DNA of 64,000 nucleotides from Rhodothermales bacterium (GTDB lineage Bacteria; Bacteroidota; Rhodothermia; Rhodothermales; BA12). This document shows positions 57,052 through 64,000 of the stretch, piece after piece (the first letter of the stretch is position 1; every line of letters starts with the position of its first letter). Below the pieces are notes generated by a model that saw nothing but the letters and a program-made list of their open reading frames with translations, made no database searches and was not told the DNA's origin. The DNA is taken from contig CAWJEJ010000005.1 of assembly GCA_963841855.1 (NCBI GenBank), positions 284,873 to 348,872 of the forward strand. The letters run 5' to 3'. A program made the position numbers and the translations under genes.

Positions 57052-58410
57052 TCAGGCTGGAAGGGGAAGTCGGGAGGTGCGCGGTGCGCGGTCGAAGAAC
57101 GGAGCGAGTAGATCCGCGAACTCCTCGACCTCGGATCCGGTCGTGAGCTGGCCCGCTTCGGCGCGGTCGACCCACCGAATCAGGTTTTCGGCGTCGGCGA
57201 GCGGCATGCTGGCGCGCTCGGAGACGATCTCGGCGGTCTGCTGGCGGCGCGAGAGGCCGAACGCGTCGTAGGCGGTGTGGCGAAAGCGCGTGGCCATCTT
57301 GCGCGTCAGATTGGCGTGGTCGCCCCGGTTGCGGTAGAGCTGGGCGACGGTTTGGACGAACGCGGCGGTCTCGTTGCGCATCGCCGTGCGCGGCGGAGTC
57401 GGCCGTTGCCTGCGGCGCGCGTAGGCGACGACAGCCAGCAGCCCCAGCCCAAGCAGAGTGTACCACGACCACAGCAGCGACGGATAGCGCGTCAGCACGT
57501 AGAGCGGCGAGGCGGGGCGGCCACTTGCAAACGTGTCGACTCTGCGCACGACCGGACCATCGGGTAGTACACGTGCTACGGCCGCGGCGAAGGGCAACGC
57601 CTGAGCATCCAAGAGGGCGATGTTGGTCAGCATCCGCGCGCCCGTCGTCACGACGACGCTTCCCTGGCCAACGGGCACACGCACGAGAATGGGAGACTCC
57701 TCTCCGTCCGCGCACGAGCCGGTGCATACTGTTGCCAGCACCTCGGGCGCGCCGACGCCCTCCATGAGCCGGGGTTCGTCCTCTCCCCCTCCGTCCAGCG
57801 TGTCGTAGGCGAGGTAGAGGTCCGAGTCCTCGTAGCCATCGGCCCTGCCCAAACCGAGCGCGTTGGAAACGTAGACGGTCTGCAACGTAAACTCCTCTTG
57901 GGTGTCGGTCAGGCGAACGGTATGTCGCAGCGTGTCGTCGAGCGGAGTCAGAAAGCCGATGTACTGATCTGTCTCCCAGGGTCCATAATCGACATAGAGC
58001 CCAAACGGTTCGAGGTCGACCGAGACGTAATCGCCGGCGATGAACACCGTCCCGCCGCCCGTGAGAAAATCCACCACGCTCTGATAGTCCACCGAGTCGG
58101 CGGCACTGGAATACTCCCCGATCGTCACCGTGAGGGCTTCGTTTCCGATCAGAGCGACGGTCGACGGTGCCGCGCCCAAACGGCTGGACTGGACCAGTTG
58201 GGACGCGGCTCGCGTGCTGTCGCTCAGCGGTTTGCCGGGCGCCAGGTTGGGCCAGATGGTGTAGAGGGCGCGCAGATCGTAAGGCTCGTCGCCGCCGGAT
58301 TCGAGCGTCACGCGCCAGTCGATCGGTTGGGGGCGGAGCGCCTGAAACACGCCGAAGACGAGCAGCAGCAGAGCCAGCCCGTACCAGTACACATTGTCAC
58401 GCCGCATCAT
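57052..58410 (-). CDS. DUF4350 domain protein
   Basis: Start at ATG 58410 (MMRRDNVYWYGLALLLLVF...PIDWRVTLESGGDEPYDLRALY) matches the DUF4350 N-terminal pattern. Has a C-terminal TM segment. The longer ORF to 58818 is an Arg-rich shadow. Confidence 0.65.
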   Translation of the reverse strand: MMRRDNVYWYGLALLLLVFGVFQALRPQPIDWRVTLESGGDEPYDLRALYTIWPNLAPGKPLSDSTRAASQLVQSSRLGAAPSTVALIGNEALTVTIGEYSSAADSVDYQSVVDFLTGGGTVFIAGDYVSVDLEPFGLYVDYGPWETDQYIGFLTPLDDTLRHTVRLTDTQEEFTLQTVYVSNALGLGRADGYEDSDLYLAYDTLDGGGEDEPRLMEGVGAPEVLATVCTGSCADGEESPILVRVPVGQGSVVVTTGARMLTNIALLDAQALPFAAAVARVLPDGPVVRRVDTFASGRPASPLYVLTRYPSLLWSWYTLLGLGLLAVVAYARRRQRPTPPRTAMRNETAAFVQTVAQLYRNRGDHANLTRKMATRFRHTAYDAFGLSRRQQTAEIVSERASMPLADAENLIRWVDRAEAGQLTTGSEVEEFADLLAPFFDRAPRTSRLPLPA

Positions 58411-59126
58411 GCCGGTTGGGGTTTCAGGGCGCCGACGAGTCCGAGCGCGGCTTCGCGAACGGCCGGATAACGGGCTTCGTCGATGGCGTATCCGCCATAC
58501 CACACGCGCTCGAACGGCCGAGCGACGGCGAAGAACGGCGCTCGGTCGTCCGCCGGCAAATCGGCCGCGTAGGCCTCGTGCGTCTTGTCCGGGCGATAGC
58601 CAGACCGGCCGGTCGCGTCGAGGCGCTGGAGGACGTGGAGAAAGCGGTAGCGCAGCGCCTCGCGCAACTCGCCCCGCTCCTCGGCAGACTGCGCGAGCCG
58701 GGCGTAATCCTCGCGCGTGATGTCGTCGGGCAAGACGCTGCCACCCGACGCGCGCGCCGACGTGGTACCGCGCCTGAGCACGCGCACGTCCGAGCGCGCG
58801 ACGAGCACGATGGCCCACACGAGCAGCAGTCCCATCATGCTATACAGGACGGGCCGAGTGAAATAGCCCGCGTTGCCATCGAATATCCGTCCGAGGATCC
58901 GTTCTATGCCTCTCCAAAACCTGCTCCAGAGCGAATCGGAAGATTCGGGGTCGACCTCGTAGCGCAGAGCCGGGTCTGACCGCAGGCTGTCCAGCGTCGC
59001 CTCGGCAGATGCGTAGGGACCAGACGCGCGCGCTTGGGCGACAGAATCCGCCGCCTGCGCACTCGCCGAGTTGGGGGGAGCGAATGCCCAAGCGGCAATC
59101 AGCAGCAAGACAGAAATCCGGCTCAC
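58407..59126 (-). CDS. DUF4129 domain protein
   Basis: GTG start at 59126 overlaps the upstream stop (GTGA). Signal-like segment ISVLLLIAAWAFA. C-terminal DUF4129 pattern: YRPDKTHEAYAADL...FERVWYGGYAIDEARY. Confidence 0.65.
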   Translation of the reverse strand: MSRISVLLLIAAWAFAPPNSASAQAADSVAQARASGPYASAEATLDSLRSDPALRYEVDPESSDSLWSRFWRGIERILGRIFDGNAGYFTRPVLYSMMGLLLVWAIVLVARSDVRVLRRGTTSARASGGSVLPDDITREDYARLAQSAEERGELREALRYRFLHVLQRLDATGRSGYRPDKTHEAYAADLPADDRAPFFAVARPFERVWYGGYAIDEARYPAVREAALGLVGALKPQPA

Positions 59127-60076
59127 GCTTGGCCTCCCGGCGCGCCCACCAGGCCCAGTTCGGCCCGCCGCTCGTCGAGGTCGCGCCACAACGTCGTGTG
59201 CTGCGTGCGCTCGCTGAGCTGCGCGTACTGCACGCCCGAAGCGATGACGGGAACGATGTAAGACAGCAGCGACACGCACAGCACTAGGCCGAAAAACATG
59301 CCCAGCAGGACGCTGACCAGCATGCTGCTGGATTCGAAGTCAACGCCGCTGAACGCGACGCCCAGCACGCCCAAGATGGACGGCCCGAACACGAACCCGG
59401 CGACGAGCAGGTTGGAGATCAGGCTGGCCAGGAACAGGACACCTAGCGTCGACCAGAACGCGCCGTTGGTAATCGAGAGCCGGTTGCTCAGGCTGAACGC
59501 CTGCATCACGGGCACGCGGTCGACGCCGATGGCTCCCGGTGCCATGCCCAGGCGGCCGAGCAGCCATCCCATCCCGGCATACTGAATCAGAACGCCCAGG
59601 CACGGAATCAGGCCAAACAGAGCGAGAGCAACGTACGCGACGCTCGACAGCAGAGAAAAGGCTACCAGAGGCCAAAAGCGCACCTTCGCTGCTGCGCGCA
59701 GTTGCTCCTGAGTCACGCCGTCGAACGAGCCAAAGCGGTCGTAAGCCTTCATGCAGGCGAACGTGAACGCGCAGAAATAGGCCAGCACGCCTGCGTAGAG
59801 AAACAACCCGAAGAAGGCGATCACTCCCAGCAGCGAGTATCCCACCACGTCCAGATCTCCGCCCGTCGAGAACTGCGACGCCTCGGCAAAAACGCTCCCC
59901 AAAATCGTCCCGAAGCCGCCGCCAACCGCAATCGACGCGACGAGGGCCAGGGGCAGGATGACGCGCAGCAGCGTCGGCTTCATGACCGGAAGCGCCAGCC
60001 GGAGAAAGCGAAACGTGTCGTTGAACACTTCGCCGAACGAGCGCGGGCGGCGCAGTACAAAGGCCTCTTCTTGCAT
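59123..60076 (-). CDS. Hypothetical polytopic membrane protein
   Basis: 317 aa with about 6-7 hydrophobic segments. Sits between the SpoIIM-like and DUF4129 genes. Confidence 0.55.
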   Translation of the reverse strand: MQEEAFVLRRPRSFGEVFNDTFRFLRLALPVMKPTLLRVILPLALVASIAVGGGFGTILGSVFAEASQFSTGGDLDVVGYSLLGVIAFFGLFLYAGVLAYFCAFTFACMKAYDRFGSFDGVTQEQLRAAAKVRFWPLVAFSLLSSVAYVALALFGLIPCLGVLIQYAGMGWLLGRLGMAPGAIGVDRVPVMQAFSLSNRLSITNGAFWSTLGVLFLASLISNLLVAGFVFGPSILGVLGVAFSGVDFESSSMLVSVLLGMFFGLVLCVSLLSYIVPVIASGVQYAQLSERTQHTTLWRDLDERRAELGLVGAPGGQA

Positions 60077-60079
60077 AGA

Positions 60080-61108
60080 TCAGTCGGTCGAAAGGAGGGC
60101 GAGCGCACCCGAACGGTCGCGCGGCGCCGACGAAGCCGAAGGGGTGAGCCGCGTTTTACCCGCAGCCCGCGCCCGCACGAGCGGCAGGACGAAGAAGTAG
60201 CCGATCAGAAACGCCAGCGACGCGCCGATGATGAGCAGTTTGACCACCAGCGGCATCATCGTATGGCGCGTCACGAAACCTTCGAGCAGCCCGGCGACCA
60301 GGAAGACTGGAAGCAAGCCGACGATGATGGTAACACTCGACCGCGCGCTCTTGGCGAACGCCGTCAGGCGCGGCATCGTGCCCGGTGCGATCCAGCCCCA
60401 GCCCAGTTGGAAGCCCGCACCGCCCGCGATCACGATCGCCGCGATTTCGAGCGTGCCATGAACCCAGACAATGCCCAGCGCGGTGCCAAAGACGCCCTGC
60501 TGCGCCAGAAACGCGAAGAAGCAGCCCAGCATCAGCATGTTGCGCATCAGGATGAAGAGCGGGATCAGCGGCGTCAGGACCCCGACCGAGTAGACCAGCA
60601 GCGAGACGCGGACGTTGTTGAACGTGATGGCGGCGAACGAGTCGACGGCGGCTCCTCGTCTATAGACGGCCATCGGATCGCCCGACTCGATGTTGGCCAG
60701 CGTCATGTCGACGTAGTAGTCGCCCATCACGTAGCGGACGAAGTCGGGGTCGAGCACCTGGCTAGCGACGCCGACGGCCGTGCACACGAGAGCGACGATG
60801 AACGCGACGCCCATCAGCCAGCGCGCGCTCCAGACGGCTAGGGGCACTTCGTGCGTCCAAAACGTGCGGAAGCGGTGCGACTCAGTGGTCTTGTTCTTGT
60901 AGAGCGTGCGGTAGAGCCGCCCGAGCAGATCGTTCAGGTAGGCGACGCTCTTGCTCTTGGGATAAAACGTGCGTGCGTACGAGAGGTCATCCGACGCTTC
61001 GACGAAGAGCGACGCCAGTTCGTCGGGATCGGCCTTGCGGTCGTCGGCCAGTCCTTCGAGGCGGCGCCACTTGTCGGCGTTGTGCTGGAGAAACGTGGCC
61101 TCGCGCAC
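60080..61108 (-). CDS. Stage II sporulation protein M-like (SpoIIM family) membrane protein
   Basis: GTG start at 61108 gives VREATFLQHNADKWRRLE...DDLSYARTFYPKSKSVAYLNDL...FRTFWTHEVP, the typical N-terminal pattern of this family. Confidence 0.65.
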   Translation of the reverse strand: MREATFLQHNADKWRRLEGLADDRKADPDELASLFVEASDDLSYARTFYPKSKSVAYLNDLLGRLYRTLYKNKTTESHRFRTFWTHEVPLAVWSARWLMGVAFIVALVCTAVGVASQVLDPDFVRYVMGDYYVDMTLANIESGDPMAVYRRGAAVDSFAAITFNNVRVSLLVYSVGVLTPLIPLFILMRNMLMLGCFFAFLAQQGVFGTALGIVWVHGTLEIAAIVIAGGAGFQLGWGWIAPGTMPRLTAFAKSARSSVTIIVGLLPVFLVAGLLEGFVTRHTMMPLVVKLLIIGASLAFLIGYFFVLPLVRARAAGKTRLTPSASSAPRDRSGALALLSTD

Positions 61109-61202
61109 GGGCGGTGGGTGGTAGCGTGAAAGAGATGGAGTGTCAAAATAGCAACGCGGATGCCGTCCTACTATCTTCTGTTTACGGTACTTCTCGCCCT
61201 CC

Positions 61203-61946
61203 ATGATTCACGTCCAGACCGCCCACAACGTCACGCTTGCGCTCGAACCGGCGGGCGTCGGCGACCGGCTGCTCGCTTACCTCATCGACCTGGGCATTCT
61301 CGTCGCCTATACGGTTCTGCTGTCGCTGCTCTTCTACGTGGTCGAGGTGGGCTCGGCCGCTCTTCAGGTGGCGTTTTTCAGCCTGCCCTGGCTGCTCTAC
61401 TTCCCCGTCTTCGAGATCGCGATGGACGGACAGACGCCGGGCAAGAAGGTGCGCAAGATCCGCGTCGTCCGCCTCGACGGAGAGCCGCCGTCGATCGGCG
61501 ACTATCTGCTGCGCTGGCTGCTGGGCTTCGTCGACTTCACGATCTCGACCGGCGCCGTCGCCGTCACGTCGATCGCGCTGACCAAGGACTCGCAGCGCCT
61601 GGGCGATCTGGCCGCCGGGACGACCGTCGTCAGTTCCAAGGACCGCGCCCGCTTGAGCGACACCCTCTTCGAACGCGTAGCGTCGGACGAGCCGGTCACC
61701 TATCCCGACGCCGCGCGCCTGAGCGACGCCGACATCGCCCTGGTCCGCGACGCCATCCGGGTGATCCGCCTCGAAGGCGTGACGGCGCAGTCCAAGAAGA
61801 TCGCCTTGTCGGTCGTAGAAGTCATCGAGGCGGCGTACGGCATCACGCCGGGCGAGCAGCGCCTGTACTTTTTCCTTCGTACGCTGCTGCAAGACTACAC
61901 GACACTGGCTGGCAGGACTGACGCCGCGTTTGAGTCCATGACGTGA
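61203..61946 (+). CDS. RDD family membrane protein
   Basis: Pattern GVGDRLLAYLIDLGILVAY...QTPGKKVRKIRVVRLDG...LLRWLLGFVDF. Divergent from the SpoIIM-like gene. Confidence 0.7.
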   Translation: MIHVQTAHNVTLALEPAGVGDRLLAYLIDLGILVAYTVLLSLLFYVVEVGSAALQVAFFSLPWLLYFPVFEIAMDGQTPGKKVRKIRVVRLDGEPPSIGDYLLRWLLGFVDFTISTGAVAVTSIALTKDSQRLGDLAAGTTVVSSKDRARLSDTLFERVASDEPVTYPDAARLSDADIALVRDAIRVIRLEGVTAQSKKIALSVVEVIEAAYGITPGEQRLYFFLRTLLQDYTTLAGRTDAAFESMT

Positions 61947-61958
61947 GACGCGCCTTCT

Positions 61959-63671
61959 CTATGCCGCCTCCAGTTCGCTGTCCTCGACATCCTCCGCCTC
62001 TGCCACGTCGAAGCGCAGCGCCGCCTCGACGCGTGCCATCAGATCGTCCACTAATCCGCCCGACTCGTGCAGCACGTGGCGCGCGCTCTCGCGGTGAACG
62101 TAGAGCCAGTGAGCCAGCACGCGCACCTCGTCGATCTCGCGTTTGAGGTAGCGCTCGGGGCGCGGCGGGTCGTTCGCAAAGTGGCGATCGAGAAAGCCGC
62201 GAATGCGCTGAGCATCGCCGCCGGATGCGTCCGCTCCCAGCGTCAGCGTTTCGACGTGGCGGCCGTAGCGGATGGCGAACACCTGCCGCCCGATCTGCCC
62301 CGCCGCCGGTTGCACGACGACGGCGTGGTGATCCATCACCGACTGGGCGACCGACCGGCGCTTCTGTGTCATATTGTGGAGCGATTGCAGCCAGTCGCGG
62401 TACTGTCCGGCCAGTTCGTATTCGCGGTTGGCAGCGGCCTCCTTCATCGCCAACGTCAGCCGGTCGAGAACCGACGTGTCGCGCCCGGTCACAAACGCTC
62501 GGACGCGGTCGACTTCTGCTGCGTACTCGGCCTCCATATCGCCTTCGCAGGGTCCCAGGCAGCGGCCGACTTCGTGGTAAAAGCAGCGCTGTCCGCGTGC
62601 CAGAGTGGCGTCGTCGCAAGGTCGGAGTTGAAACAGGCGCTCGACGACCTGGATGATCGCCTCGGCTTGGCGGCGTCCACCTAGCGGACCGTAGTATTCG
62701 GCGCCATCGTCGAGAATATAGGGCGTCGCCTCTACGCGCGGGACGCGGTGGCTGGCATCCAGTCGCAGGAATGGGCGGTTGCGGTAGCGCAGCGAGGCGC
62801 GGTTGAACTTGGGCTGGATCTCCTTGATCAGCTTGGACTCGAGCAGCAGCGCCGATAGCTCGCTCCCCGTCTCCTCGTGCGAGATGCTGCGAACCGTCTC
62901 GACGAGCCTGCGCAGGCGCGGTGGGTGCGCTTCGATGGCGTTGAAATACGACCGGACCCGGCTGCGGAGGTTGAGCGCCTTGCCGACGTAGACGACGGCC
63001 TTGTTCGAATCGCGCATGAAGTAGACGCCGGGCCGCTCGGGTAGCGCCGCCGCCGCCTCGCGCACCTTTTGCAGGTAGCGCGGCGCCTCACCCCCTTTGG
63101 AGTAGCGCCGGTTTTGAAAGGCGAGCACGTCGTCGACCGAGCGCAGGTCCTGATAGTCGAGATGCTTGAGGAAGTGGAGCAGCACCTGAGCCGTTGCATC
63201 GGCGTCGCCCATGGCGCGGTGGCGACCGTTGATCGGGATGCCGAAGTGGTTGGCGACCGAGCCTAGCCCTTTGCTCCGCAGCCCGGTCAGGATGCGCCGA
63301 GCCAGACGCAGCGTGCACAGTTTGGGGTTGGGCGGCGCGGGCAGGCCCAGGCGAGCGGCTTCGGCGGCGACGAAGCGCGCGTCGAACGGCACATTGTGCG
63401 CCACGAAGATCCCGTCGCCCAAAAAGGCGAGGTACTCGGGCAGCACGCGGTCGATCGTCGGCGCGTCGATCACGGCGGCGTTCGAGATGCCCGTCAGCTG
63501 CGTGATCCGCCTCGGCACGATCACGCCCGGGTTGACGAGCGACTGGTAGCGGTCGACGATCTTGCCGCCTCGGACCTTGACCGCGCCGACTTCGAGAATC
63601 CGCGACTTGTCCGCCGACACGCCGGTAGTCTCCAGGTCGGTGACGACGAATGTGGCGGACGAGGTGAGCAT
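61959..63671 (-). CDS. DEDD (DnaQ-like) 3'-5' exonuclease fused to GIY-YIG / UvrC-like nuclease
   Basis: Exo motifs FVVTDLETTG, VAHNVPFDARF and HRAMGDADAT. These are followed by the GIY-YIG segment PGVYFMRDSNKAVVYVGKALNLRSRVRSYF and a UvrC-like Cys-containing region. Confidence 0.8.
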   Translation of the reverse strand: MLTSSATFVVTDLETTGVSADKSRILEVGAVKVRGGKIVDRYQSLVNPGVIVPRRITQLTGISNAAVIDAPTIDRVLPEYLAFLGDGIFVAHNVPFDARFVAAEAARLGLPAPPNPKLCTLRLARRILTGLRSKGLGSVANHFGIPINGRHRAMGDADATAQVLLHFLKHLDYQDLRSVDDVLAFQNRRYSKGGEAPRYLQKVREAAAALPERPGVYFMRDSNKAVVYVGKALNLRSRVRSYFNAIEAHPPRLRRLVETVRSISHEETGSELSALLLESKLIKEIQPKFNRASLRYRNRPFLRLDASHRVPRVEATPYILDDGAEYYGPLGGRRQAEAIIQVVERLFQLRPCDDATLARGQRCFYHEVGRCLGPCEGDMEAEYAAEVDRVRAFVTGRDTSVLDRLTLAMKEAAANREYELAGQYRDWLQSLHNMTQKRRSVAQSVMDHHAVVVQPAAGQIGRQVFAIRYGRHVETLTLGADASGGDAQRIRGFLDRHFANDPPRPERYLKREIDEVRVLAHWLYVHRESARHVLHESGGLVDDLMARVEAALRFDVAEAEDVEDSELEAA

Positions 63672-63809
63672 GGGGCGAGGAAAACTCGGAGTGTACGGCG
63701 CCCGCAGTGACGACGTGGTGTCACTGCGGTGGATCAGGGAACAAGGCCCACTCGTAAACGCTCCGCCCCCTACGGCGCGAGACGAGCCGCACTTGTGGGG
63801 TCCGATCCT

Positions 63810-63873
63810 GTCATTGCGAGCGCAGCGTGGCAGTTTGGGAGTACAGCGCTAGCCTCGCCACGCTCGCGATGGC
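63810..63873. repeat. Palindromic repeat, family 2
   Basis: Arm GTCATTGCGAGCGCAGCGTGGCA (63810-63832) faces inverted arm TCGCCACGCTCGCGATGGC (63855-63873). Confidence 0.7.
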
Positions 63874-63891
63874 AAGCCGAAGGAGCGCCGA

Positions 63892-64000
63892 TCACCCGCC
63901 CCACTCGGCCAGTGCGTCCGGGTCGTAGAGGCCGGCGAGTTGGCCTTCACGCGCGTTCTTGCCTCCTAACTTGACAGCGGCGACCATACCCTTCCGCATC
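63892..64000 (-). CDS. 3' end of an unidentified CDS running off the window
   Basis: Open minus-strand frame from the window edge to TGA at 63892-63894 (...VAAVKLGGKNAREGQLAGLYDPDALAEWGG*) with high third-position GC. Too short to identify. Confidence 0.35.
   Translation of the reverse strand, partial: MRKGMVAAVKLGGKNAREGQLAGLYDPDALAEWGG

Noticed and set aside
58411-58818. 136-codon 5' extension of the DUF4350 ORF. Similar long 5' extensions were trimmed for the ORFs at 30709, 35836, 45513, 46204 and 58407.
   Set aside because: The extensions overlap the upstream genes and are Arg-rich. Internal starts give signal peptides or family-typical N-termini and produce neat 4-nt overlaps.

Overview
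High-GC 64-kb chromosomal segment. Hand-counted lines in core genes are about 70% G+C. I call about 60 CDS, and most are housekeeping genes. T9SS components (PorD/DUF4835, a PorQ/PorV-like barrel, a cargo protein with a C-terminal sorting domain), the GroEL/S1 sequences and the lack of Shine-Dalgarno motifs suggest a Bacteroidota/Rhodothermota-type organism; this is inference. Recognisable content: malic enzyme, cmk-rpsA, NhaC and AGCS transporters, upp, ftsE, a metY-metX-asd-GNAT operon behind a clear SAM-I riboswitch with a terminator, folD, an MscS-family channel, groES-groEL with a CIRCE operator, a penicillin-acylase-family gene coupled to a ParA-like ATPase, maf, deoC, a BlaI/BlaR1(M56)-TonB_C pair, a ComEA-like HhH protein, tRNA-Ser(CGA), a MoxR/DUF4350/DUF4129/SpoIIM-like/RDD cluster, and a DnaQ-GIY-YIG fusion. 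No CRISPR array, transposase, integrase or prophage genes were seen. The most unusual region is an AT-rich islet of about 1.5 kb (about 39.26-40.80 kb) between groEL and the acylase gene. It is bracketed by two diverged copies of the same terminator hairpin. It encodes a lipoprotein with a C-terminal glycine zipper and a small 3-TM protein, neither of which I recognise. This may be a toxin/immunity or envelope module, but that is unproven. Two families of palindromic REP/MITE-like repeats occupy intercistronic gaps, including the groES-groEL spacer and both gaps of the riboswitch-controlled met operon. The many long ORFs in the six-frame track that lie antisense to, or out of frame with, real genes are high-GC shadow ORFs and were rejected.
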